From an uncultured Pseudomonadota bacterium (GTDB lineage: Bacteria > Pseudomonadota > Gammaproteobacteria > Burkholderiales > SG8-39): DNA of 64,000 nt. Both the position numbers and the translations under genes were made by a program. Below are positions 39,540 through 47,332 of the stretch, one piece after another. The notes below the pieces were generated by a model. That model ran no database searches and had not been told where the DNA came from. It saw nothing but the letters and a program-made list of their open reading frames with translations. Location: positions 1,360,463-1,424,462 of the forward strand of contig CAWFPL010000008.1 of NCBI GenBank assembly GCA_963817785.1, read 5' to 3'. Within the stretch, counting starts at the first letter, position 1. The number at the start of each line of letters is the position of its first letter.

Positions 39540-40934
39540 ATGGCAACGACTCAGGAGGCGTGGAACGAAAGCGGTGAAGGTGCACGACCCAAGCGGATGG
39601 GCTGGAAGGAGCTGTACCTGAAGGAGGACTGGTGGGCGGTCTGGCTCGGCCTGGGCCTGATGGTCGTGGCGATTCTGTTCTTCGAGGGCGGCGGCAGCGG
39701 CGTGCTGAAGGCGCTGGCGATCAACCCCGGCGGGCTCAAATGGAGCTCCTTCGGCCAGCTCGGCGGGCATTTCTCGCAGAACGCGAACCTGTACCTCTAC
39801 CAATTCCTGTTCTGGCTGGCGCTGTTCGGGATCAGCACCCGCATCATGGGCGTGTCGCTGGCGCAGTTCATTCCGGCGTTCATCTTCCTGTACCTGTTGT
39901 CGATCGTGATGTTCGCGATCGCCGGCTGGGCGAACGCCGCGAAGTTCAACCTCGAGCCGCCGCTGGTGGCGCTGATTCTCGGGCTGGTGATCGCCAACGT
40001 GTTCCGCCTGCCCAAGTGGATGGATAGCGCGTTTCGCGTCGAGTATTTCATCAAGCTCGGCATCGTGCTGCTCGGGGCGACCTTTCCGATCACCCTGGTG
40101 CTGACCGCCGGGCCGGTGGCGATCGCGCAGGCGACGCTCATCTCGCTCGTCACCTGCCTGGTGATCTACTTCGTCGCCACGCGCGCGTTCGGGCTCGACC
40201 GGCGGCTGGCGGCGGTGATCGGCGTCGGCGGCGCCGTGTGCGGCGTCTCGGCGTCGATGGCAATCGCGGCGTCGGTCAACGCGAAGAAGGAGCACCTCTA
40301 CACCTCGGTCACGTTGGTTGTCGGGTGGGCGCTGGTCATGATCCTGGTGCTGCCCTTCGTTTCGCGCGCGATGGGCCTGCCTCCGGGCGTCGCCGGCGCC
40401 TGGATCGGCACCTCGGAGTTCGCCGACGCAGCCGGTTTCGCGGCGGCGAGCACCTACGGCCACATGGCGGGCAACGAGGACGTGGCGATTAAGGCGTTCG
40501 TTCTCATGAAGGTCATCGGCCGCGACCTGTGGATCGGCATCTGGTCGATCGTCTGGGCGGCGATCGCGACCATCGTGTGGGAGAAGAAGGAGACCGGGCG
40601 GGCGCCGGATGCGCGCGAAATCTGGTGGCGCTTTCCGAAGTTCGTCATCGGCTTCTTCGCCGCCTCGATGCTGATGACCGCGTTCGCCGGCGCCTTCAGC
40701 GCGGCGGAGTTCAACAGCGCGGTGCGGCCCAATCTGCTTCTTCCGCTCGTGTCGCTGCGCAGCTGGGCGTTCATCTTCTGCTTCCTGAGCATCGGACTGA
40801 CGACGCGCTATCGCGATCTGCACGCGGTCGGATGGAAGACCTTCTGGGCCTTCACCATCGGCGTCGCGGTGAACGTGCTGCTCGGCTACATCCTGTCGGT
40901 GCACGTGTTCGGCAGCTACTGGGCGTCGATCTGA
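39540..40934 (+). CDS. YeiH-family (UPF0324, putative sulfate-exporter-like) membrane transporter
   Basis: 464 aa, polytopic. …GVGGAVCGVSASMAIA… is the motif recalled for the YeiH family. Confidence 0.75.
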   Translation: MATTQEAWNESGEGARPKRMGWKELYLKEDWWAVWLGLGLMVVAILFFEGGGSGVLKALAINPGGLKWSSFGQLGGHFSQNANLYLYQFLFWLALFGISTRIMGVSLAQFIPAFIFLYLLSIVMFAIAGWANAAKFNLEPPLVALILGLVIANVFRLPKWMDSAFRVEYFIKLGIVLLGATFPITLVLTAGPVAIAQATLISLVTCLVIYFVATRAFGLDRRLAAVIGVGGAVCGVSASMAIAASVNAKKEHLYTSVTLVVGWALVMILVLPFVSRAMGLPPGVAGAWIGTSEFADAAGFAAASTYGHMAGNEDVAIKAFVLMKVIGRDLWIGIWSIVWAAIATIVWEKKETGRAPDAREIWWRFPKFVIGFFAASMLMTAFAGAFSAAEFNSAVRPNLLLPLVSLRSWAFIFCFLSIGLTTRYRDLHAVGWKTFWAFTIGVAVNVLLGYILSVHVFGSYWASI

Positions 40935-40950
40935 CGCGTCTCGTGCGCTG

Positions 40951-41178
40951 ATGGCCCTCGCGCAACGGCGCTGCGGCGCGTGCCGGTTCTTCACCGGCAC
41001 GCCCGCCGCCCTCGAGCGCGCGGTCCCGGGGCTCAACATCCTGAGTTCGGCCTACGGCTCGGTGCGCGGCAACACCGGCTTGTGCGAGCGGCACGACTCG
41101 TTCGTGACTAGCAGCGCCGAGGCCTGTCCTGCGTTTGCGGGCAGGACTCCGCAAGGAAGCGGACCGCCGGGGGGCTAG
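40951..41178 (+). CDS. hypothetical small Cys-containing protein
   Basis: 75 aa. Third positions are G or C in most codons. Four Cys (CGAC…C…C). It starts 16 nt after the yeiH-like stop. No family recognised. Confidence 0.45.
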   Translation: MALAQRRCGACRFFTGTPAALERAVPGLNILSSAYGSVRGNTGLCERHDSFVTSSAEACPAFAGRTPQGSGPPGG

Positions 41179-41299
41179 ACGGCAATCTGCAACGCGCGCA
41201 TCATGGTCGGCGCCGGTCGATGGCCTCCCCGATCGCCGCAGCGAGCGCGCGGCGAAGCTCAGGGGCGGCAAGTGTGAACCCTCGTTCGAGCAAACGACC

Positions 41300-41800
41300 A
41301 TGCCCATCCGCCCCTCCATCGACGCCGCCATGCGCGTCAGCCGCGAGCTGTCGGCCGTGCTCGAGGCACTCGTCAACGACCCGGACCGGGAATCCCCACA
41401 GACCCTGGAGGAGGCGCATGCCGCGCTGCTCCGGCGCCGGGCTCCCGGCGCGCGCGAGACCGAGTTCCTGCATCCCCAGGACAGCGCTTCGCTGCTCGTC
41501 CAGCTCGACGGCCTGATCGAGGAGTACGGCGGGGAGGCGGCACTGGCCGATTTCATCACAGCCAAGGCAAGCGAGGGCCTGTCGCGCGTGATCGAGGCGG
41601 CCATGGACGATGTCAGCCTGCCCGATGAGCCGACCCTCGGTATCGTGCGGGCGGCGATGCTGGAAGGCCTCACCGCGCGCATGGCCGGCGAAGGCACCAT
41701 CGACGAGGAGGACGAGGGGCCGCTGCTCGAGGAGATCGACGAGCTGATCGCGCGCTACGGCGGGGACGCGCCGGCGGAGACGTTCATCCGCTTCGAATAG
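41300..41800 (+). CDS. hypothetical acidic protein with an internal duplicated motif
   Basis: ATG 41300 lies inside ORF 41135..41800. LLVQLDGLIEEYGGEAALADFIT (aa 65-87) repeats as LLEEIDELIARYGGDAPAETFIR (aa 142-164). No family recognised. Confidence 0.5.
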   Translation: MPIRPSIDAAMRVSRELSAVLEALVNDPDRESPQTLEEAHAALLRRRAPGARETEFLHPQDSASLLVQLDGLIEEYGGEAALADFITAKASEGLSRVIEAAMDDVSLPDEPTLGIVRAAMLEGLTARMAGEGTIDEEDEGPLLEEIDELIARYGGDAPAETFIRFE

Positions 41801-41831
41801 CCCGGCAGGTGCCGCCGATCGCGTGACGCCC

Positions 41832-42326
41832 TCAGCGGCTCCAGTTCACGCGCAGCAGATTCTCTTCCTTGTTGTAGTGATACTCGAGCTCGCCCTTGAA
41901 CGAGTTGTGCAGCGCTTCGGCGATGTTGCGCGCCAGGTGCGCGTCGGTGGTGGTGACCAGGATCCCGTCCCGGGTGTCCTCGATCGCCATGATGCGCTCG
42001 AGCGCGTGCTCGGCCTTCTCCTTCGCCTCGTGGCTGCGCACCACGTGCAGGATGTCGTCGCGATGGGCGGCCAGGAATGCGCCCGTCAGATTCACGTAGC
42101 CCGCGGGAAACTTGTCGTGGATGCGGTGGCAGGCCGGGCAGGTCTCCTCGTGCGCGCCGGCCGGCGCGAGGTCCCAGGTCCAGCGGCCCTTGTGATAGGT
42201 CGCCCCGCACTGCGGGCAGCGCGTCGGCTCGTGCAGCTTGTGCTTGGACTTGTAGCTGTCGTGCACCAGCTCCTGCAGTAGCTGCTCCCTGCGCAGCATC
42301 CGGAATCCCCCGCGCTCTGCTTTCAT
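41832..42326 (-). CDS. zinc-ribbon protein of the 'BCAM0308 family' type (NMD3-like CxxC…CxxC N-terminus)
   Basis: ATG 42326 follows the RBS aggaga (MKAERGGFRMLRREQLLQELVHDSYKSK…). CPQCGATYHKGRWTW…CPACHRI, then …HALERIMAIEDTRDGILVTTTDAHLARNIAEALHNSFKGELEYHYNKEENLLRVNW. The family name is recalled from memory. Confidence 0.6.
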   Translation of the reverse strand: MKAERGGFRMLRREQLLQELVHDSYKSKHKLHEPTRCPQCGATYHKGRWTWDLAPAGAHEETCPACHRIHDKFPAGYVNLTGAFLAAHRDDILHVVRSHEAKEKAEHALERIMAIEDTRDGILVTTTDAHLARNIAEALHNSFKGELEYHYNKEENLLRVNWSR

Positions 42327-42463
42327 GTCCTGCGTCTCCTGGCTTCGAACGGCTCCAACAGTACCCGTCCCGCGCGCCGCAGCTTTGACCTCGATCAAAC
42401 GCGCCGGGCGCGAAGCGCGGATCCTCGGGCTTGAGCGCGCAAGCCTGCGGCGCGCTCGCCCGC

Positions 42464-43003
42464 ATGCACTGGAACGTCATCGTCACCGTCCGGCCGGGCC
42501 ACGGGCGCCAGCACGAGCTGCTCGGCGCGCTGGCGGCGTTCGGCCATTTCCATGCCACCGCGTTCCGCGACGTGTGCCTGGGCGAGGTGGCGGACATCGG
42601 CGTCTTCCTGGAGGCGCTGCGTGCCGCCGGCGTGAACGGCAGGCCGTGGTTCGCGCACCTCGGCCGCGTGATCCCCGCGGAAGCCACTTTCGGATTCACG
42701 CCCGAGACGCTGGCCGAGCAGTTCAAGCGCGCCGCGGCACCGCTCGTCGAGCGCATGGGCTCCGGAACGTTTCACGTGCGGCTCGAGCGCCGCGGCCTGG
42801 AGGGCAGGATCCCGAGCCCGGCCGTCGAGCGCGAGGTGGCCGAGCACCTGTACGAGATCGCGCAACGCCAGGGCAAGGCGCTGCGCACCGCGTTTCACGA
42901 CACGGACTACGTCGTCGCGGGCGAGACCGTCGGCCGGGAATGCGGCGTCGCCCTGCTCACGCGCGAGCTGCGCGCGCGTTTCCCGTTCGTGCAGGCGCAT
43001 TGA
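42464..43003 (+). CDS. stand-alone THUMP-like (putative RNA-binding) domain protein
   Basis: Start MHWNVIVTVRPG… inside ORF 42431..43003. The core GTFHVRLERRGLEGRIPSPAVEREVAEHL…DTDYVVAGETVGRECGVALL parallels the THUMP core of ThiI ([23 protein letters not shown]…NPDVTVHLEV…). The assignment is by motif resemblance only. Confidence 0.5.
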   Translation: MHWNVIVTVRPGHGRQHELLGALAAFGHFHATAFRDVCLGEVADIGVFLEALRAAGVNGRPWFAHLGRVIPAEATFGFTPETLAEQFKRAAAPLVERMGSGTFHVRLERRGLEGRIPSPAVEREVAEHLYEIAQRQGKALRTAFHDTDYVVAGETVGRECGVALLTRELRARFPFVQAH

Positions 43004-43023
43004 GCGCGCGCCGGCCCGAGGCC

Positions 43024-43308
43024 ATGACGATCCGCGTCGAATCCTACGCAGGCTACCGCGGCGAGCAGGAGCCGCGCGCATTCTGGCTGGGCGAGCGGCG
43101 GCTGATCGCGCTCGAGATCGTCGACCGCTGGCAGGGGCCCGGGCAGCGCTATTTCAGGGTCAGGGCCGACGACGGCAACCTCTACATCCTGCGCCACGAC
43201 GAGGCGCAAGATGCCTGGCAGCTCGAAGCCTTCACCCGGGCGCCCGGCGCCCCGGCGGGCGGCGAGTCGGGCCGCGCGCACGCACCGCGCCGCGGCGACG
43301 CGGCCTGA
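43024..43308 (+). CDS. hypothetical 94-aa protein
   Basis: MTIRVESYAGYRGEQEPRAFWLGERRLIALEIVDRWQGPGQRYFRVRADDGNLYILRHDEAQDAWQLEAF… looks beta-rich. It starts 20 nt after the THUMP-like stop and ends 16 nt before the cheR-like ATG. Confidence 0.55.
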   Translation: MTIRVESYAGYRGEQEPRAFWLGERRLIALEIVDRWQGPGQRYFRVRADDGNLYILRHDEAQDAWQLEAFTRAPGAPAGGESGRAHAPRRGDAA

Positions 43309-43324
43309 GCGGAGCGCAGCGCCG

Positions 43325-44152
43325 ATGAGCGACGCCGCCTGCGTCGAGTTCCTGCAATGGGCGCTGCCGCGCCTGGGCATGCGCTGGGCCGGGTTTCGCA
43401 AGGTGCGTCGTCTCGTGTGCAAGCGTCTCGCCCGCAGGCTGCGCGAGGCGCGCGTCGGCGACCTTGCCGCCTACCGCGCTTATCTGGAGCGCCACGCGGA
43501 CGAATGGCCGTTGCTCGATGCGCTGTGCCGCATCCCGATCTCGCGCTTTTACCGCGACCGCGAGGTGTTCGAGTCGCTCGAGCGCGACGTGCTGCCAGCG
43601 CTCGCCGCGCAGGCCGCTTCCCGGGAGCGCACGGAGTTGGCGGTATGGAGCGCGTGCTGCGCGTCGGGCGAGGAGCCGTACACGCTCGCGATCCTGTGGC
43701 GCCTGCGCCTGAGCGAGCGCTTCCCTGGGCTCGGGTGTTGCATCGTCGCGACCGACGTCGATGCCCGACTGCTGGAGCGCGCGAGCGGCGGCTGCTACCG
43801 TGCGAGCAGCCTCAAGGAATTGCCGGCGGAGCTGCGCTCGGCGTCCTTCGAGGCGCGCGCCGGGCAGTGCTGCGTGCGTACGGCGCTGCGGACGGTCAAG
43901 TGGCTTGAGCAAGACATTCGCTGCGCGATGCCGGACTGGACTTTCGACCTCATCCTGTGCCGCAACGCGGTGCTCACATACTTTGCGCCGGCGGCGCAAC
44001 GCGAGGTCATGCGGCGCGTGCTGGAGCGGCTGCGGCCAGGCGGGGCGCTGGTGATCGGGATCCATGAAGCGCCGCCCGCCGACCTCGGGGGGATCGATCC
44101 CTGGCCTGGGGCGCGGGCGATCTATCGCAAGCCTGCGTCCGGCCCCCCGTAG
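43325..44152 (+). CDS. CheR-type SAM-dependent methyltransferase (no chemotaxis context)
   Basis: Start MSDAACVEFLQWALPRL inside ORF 43211..44152. CheR N-domain …ISRFYRDREVFESL… and SAM site VWSACCASGEEPYTLAILW. Confidence 0.8.
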   Translation: MSDAACVEFLQWALPRLGMRWAGFRKVRRLVCKRLARRLREARVGDLAAYRAYLERHADEWPLLDALCRIPISRFYRDREVFESLERDVLPALAAQAASRERTELAVWSACCASGEEPYTLAILWRLRLSERFPGLGCCIVATDVDARLLERASGGCYRASSLKELPAELRSASFEARAGQCCVRTALRTVKWLEQDIRCAMPDWTFDLILCRNAVLTYFAPAAQREVMRRVLERLRPGGALVIGIHEAPPADLGGIDPWPGARAIYRKPASGPP

Positions 44153-44220
44153 TTGCCGGTCGAGCAATAGGCTGCGTAGCAGACCCTTGTCACTTCGGGA
44201 AATCATGGTCCTCCCCACAT

Positions 44221-44267
44221 CTCCGGCTTTTGCGTGGGTCGCTGTTCGACCCACGCAAAAGCCGGAG
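44221..44267. repeat. perfect 21-bp inverted repeat (5-nt loop) between convergent operons
   Basis: ctccggcttttgcgtgggtcg-ctgtt-cgacccacgcaaaagccggag. All 21 pairs were checked by hand. There is no flanking T/A run. Confidence 0.9.
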
Positions 44268-44326
44268 GCGATGAGAAGCCCGAACCAGCACCTCACCTGA
44301 TTTGTCGCGCAGGTGCGGGCACCATC

Positions 44327-45202
44327 TCAGGCGCCCCCGGCGAGCGCGGCGATAGCCTTGGCGAGCCCATCGACCACGCGCGCCATTTCCGGATAGCACA
44401 GCTTCTCGGGCGTGTCTTCGGCGCTGTGGTAGTAGGGATAGCGGTAGAACGCGGTATCGGTCACCATCACCGCGGGGTAGCCGGCGCGCCAGAACGACAG
44501 CTGGTCGCTCCAGGCCACGCCGGGCACAAACGACGGGCTCGCCAGATGCTCGGCCGGAAAGTCGCACTGCGCGCGGAACGCCGCCACCACTTCGCGCAGC
44601 GCGCGGCGCGATCGGAGGTTCGACACGAAGGCGATGAAGTTGCCGCGCTGCGGATAGAACCAGCGCAGCAAGGGCGGATAGCCCTGGCTGCGCGGCGCGT
44701 CCGAGTAGCAGCCGAGCATCTCGAGCGAGAGCATCACCCGGATCGCGTCCCCGCGGCGGCGCGCGGCTTCGGCGTATACCTTGCTTCCCATCTCGCCGAA
44801 GAAGAAGAACGGCGGCTCCTCGTTGACGAATGCGACCAGCTTCACCGTCTGCGCCGGGCGGCGCTCGCGCAGCAGCCGCGCGATTTCGATCAGCCCGGCG
44901 ACGCCGCTCGCGTTGTCGTCCGCGCCCGGGCTGCCCGGTACCGTGTCGTAGTGCGCTCCCGCGAGGACCATCTGGTCGTGCCGCGCGGCGCCCGGGATCG
45001 CGACTTCCAGGTTGTCGCAGTCCGCGCCGTGCACGCGGTAGGACTGCGCGGAGACCTGGTAGCCGAGCGCGGCGAGCTCGCCGCGGATGTAGTCCGCCGC
45101 GGCGCGCAGCGACTGCGGCCGCCACACGTTGCGCTCCCCGATCTCGCCGGCAAGCGCATGCACGTGGCGCATCAGGCGGGCGATGAGCTCGTCTCCCGCC
45201 AT
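44327..45202 (-). CDS. M28 family zinc peptidase (no signal peptide)
   Basis: Start MAGDELIARLMRHVHALAGEIGERN inside ORF 44327..46063. Metal ligand motifs GAHYDTV, GADDNASG, NEEPPFF and YYHSAEDT. Confidence 0.8.
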   Translation of the reverse strand: MAGDELIARLMRHVHALAGEIGERNVWRPQSLRAAADYIRGELAALGYQVSAQSYRVHGADCDNLEVAIPGAARHDQMVLAGAHYDTVPGSPGADDNASGVAGLIEIARLLRERRPAQTVKLVAFVNEEPPFFFFGEMGSKVYAEAARRRGDAIRVMLSLEMLGCYSDAPRSQGYPPLLRWFYPQRGNFIAFVSNLRSRRALREVVAAFRAQCDFPAEHLASPSFVPGVAWSDQLSFWRAGYPAVMVTDTAFYRYPYYHSAEDTPEKLCYPEMARVVDGLAKAIAALAGGA

Positions 45203-45204
45203 GC

Positions 45205-46236
45205 TCAGAGCGGCGCGGCGTCGACCCGCACGCCCGCGGCGCAGGGCGCGAGCCGGAAGCGCACCGGCAGGAACTGCTCGATCAGCCACATCGCGGTGCG
45301 CGCGTGGCTGGTGAGCTCGCGCGTGACGAAGGACGATTCGCCGCCCGCGAGCGCGAGATACACCAGCAGCTGGTCGGCCGCGTGAGCGTCGAGCGCCGCT
45401 CCGGCCGCGAGGTCCGCGGCCAGCTCGGCGCCGGCCGCCTCGCCGAGCGCTTCCGCGCGTACGCCGCGCTCGGCAACGCGCGCCGCGCCGAGCACCGTGT
45501 GCTCGCACTGCGCCCACAGCGCCACCGCGCCGCCCTGCCCGATCGCCTGCCCGCCCTCGAGCACGGTGCTGTCGCAGCGAAGCGGGGCCCCGAGCGGCCC
45601 GAGCCGCTCGAGCGCCGCGCTGCGCATCCTGTCCGCGATGTGCGCCGGCAGATGGGCCACGTGCGCGCAGCCGTCGACGCGCAGCAATCGGCCGGGCGCG
45701 TCGAGCCGCAGCGGCCGCAGCGCCGCGGGCCGCACCTTCATCTCCACCTGGCCTCCGCCGCGCGGATAGTAGCCGCGCCGCACGGCGACGAGCCGCGCCT
45801 GCACGCCCATGCGGGCGAGCAGGGGCAGGAGCACCTCGCGCAGGTAATCGAGCGGCGGCGCGGCGCGCACGTCGGTGCCGCCCGTGATGCGCACCTCGAT
45901 TTCCGCCCGCGCCGCAATCATGACCGGCAGCAGCGCCTGCAGCACCAGCGTCACGCTTCCCGCGGTGCCGACGTCGAACGCGAAGCTGCCTGCGCGCAGT
46001 GTTCCCGGCTCGAGCAGCACCTCGCGCGAGCCGAGCGCGAGCCCCTCGGCGCGCGCTCGGCACAGTTCCGCGACTGCGCGCAGGGCCGCGAGGTGCTGCG
46101 CCGCGAGCCCGGGCTTGTCGCGCCCGGCGCGTACCGCGCGAATGCGCACCGCGGTGCCGGTCAGCGCCGCAAGTGCAGCGGCGGTGCGCAGCAGCTGGCC
46201 GCCGCCTTCGCCGTGGGAGCCGTCGATCTCGAGCAT
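45205..46236 (-). CDS. rtcA: RNA 3'-terminal phosphate cyclase
   Basis: Start MLEIDGSHGEGGGQLLRTAAALAAL inside ORF 45205..46305. It aligns by eye along its whole length to E. coli RtcA as recalled. The His in ELTSHARTAMWLIEQFLPVRF aligns with the catalytic His309 region (SCHLLTNIAVVERFLPVRF). Confidence 0.9.
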   Translation of the reverse strand: MLEIDGSHGEGGGQLLRTAAALAALTGTAVRIRAVRAGRDKPGLAAQHLAALRAVAELCRARAEGLALGSREVLLEPGTLRAGSFAFDVGTAGSVTLVLQALLPVMIAARAEIEVRITGGTDVRAAPPLDYLREVLLPLLARMGVQARLVAVRRGYYPRGGGQVEMKVRPAALRPLRLDAPGRLLRVDGCAHVAHLPAHIADRMRSAALERLGPLGAPLRCDSTVLEGGQAIGQGGAVALWAQCEHTVLGAARVAERGVRAEALGEAAGAELAADLAAGAALDAHAADQLLVYLALAGGESSFVTRELTSHARTAMWLIEQFLPVRFRLAPCAAGVRVDAAPL

Positions 46237-46243
46237 GCGGGCG

Positions 46244-47095
46244 TCAAGCCCACAGCGAATAGCGGTGCGCCCCGGGCTTGAGCTGTGGCAGCCGGCGCGC
46301 CGCATCGAGCATCACCCGCGCGGCGAACGTCGCCACCTCAAAGCGCGCCTCCAGGAGCAGGCTCTGGTGCGCGCCCGTGTCGCCGCTGCCGCGGCGCTCG
46401 AGCACGACGCCGGAGCCCGCCACCTCGAGCGCGGCGACGTCCGGGACCGCAAACACGAACGTAGGCTCCCCGGCATAGAGAGGGTCGGCGGCGAGCGCGC
46501 GCTCGATCTCCGCGACGCTCGCGCGCTGGTCGAGCTGCACGTAGACGTAGCGCTGGCGCCGCCCCTGCGCGTCGCGCGTCTCGCAGGCAAGCGCTGCCTT
46601 CACCCCGGGTAGGCGCTCCACCAACGCGGTGTGATGCAGGCTCACCCCCGGCTGCGGGCCGGACTCGGTCTGCCCGCGCGGGATCAGCACCTCGAACAGA
46701 CGCGTCACGAGCGGCAATGCTCCCGGGTCCCAGCCCGCGCCGACCACGGCGGCGACCCGATGGTGTCGCGCGGCCTCGCCGAGGGCCGCGTAGTGCGCCT
46801 CGAGCGCGCGGCCCTCCAGGCCCGCGCACTCGACCAGGGGCAGGCGCTGCTGCAACAGCTCGCGCGCCGTACCGGGGGCGTCCGCGGCCGGCACGCACAC
46901 CAGCGCCGCGTCGACGCCGTGCAGCTCGCGCACGTGGCCCGCCACGGCCGCGTGCTCGAACGGCGGCGGCAGCTTCGCCGGCCGCGCGTGCCGCACCACT
47001 CCGGCGAGCTCGAGATCGTGCGAGTCGTGCAATGCCGCGGCGCAGGCGCTGCCCAGGCGCCCGAAACCGACGATCGCGAGCCGAATCCGCCTCAT
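46244..47095 (-). CDS. diaminopimelate-dehydrogenase-like NAD(P) oxidoreductase
   Basis: 283 aa. N-terminal Rossmann fold MRRIRLAIVGFGRLG. GWDPG and …GPQPGVSLHHTALVERLPGVKAA… resemble the meso-DAP dehydrogenase motifs (GWDPG; GPGLSQGHSDALRRIPGV), but the protein is shorter. Confidence 0.6.
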   Translation of the reverse strand: MRRIRLAIVGFGRLGSACAAALHDSHDLELAGVVRHARPAKLPPPFEHAAVAGHVRELHGVDAALVCVPAADAPGTARELLQQRLPLVECAGLEGRALEAHYAALGEAARHHRVAAVVGAGWDPGALPLVTRLFEVLIPRGQTESGPQPGVSLHHTALVERLPGVKAALACETRDAQGRRQRYVYVQLDQRASVAEIERALAADPLYAGEPTFVFAVPDVAALEVAGSGVVLERRGSGDTGAHQSLLLEARFEVATFAARVMLDAARRLPQLKPGAHRYSLWA

Positions 47096-47332
47096 GGCCG
47101 ATGCCTCGCCCCGCCGGGGCGCACGTGATTGAAATGGCTCATGCCGGTCGTCGCACGCAACACTGCCGACGTTACGGCCCGCGCGCCGCGCACCTTTGAC
47201 CTAGGTCAACCGGCGTCCCGCGCCCCGGCGAGCGGCAGCCACAGCTCGCCGGGAGCGAACGCGGGTTTGAAATTCGCCGCCCGGCGAATAACATCGGCCT
47301 TTCCCGATCGAGGCCGCCTGAGGAGGGACACG

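Noticed and set aside
42325-43308. 327-aa plus-strand ORF spanning the THUMP-like gene region.
   Set aside because: Only its last 94 codons (from ATG 43024) look protein-like. The upstream part is an Arg/Pro/Gly-rich alternate frame of the 42464-43003 gene.
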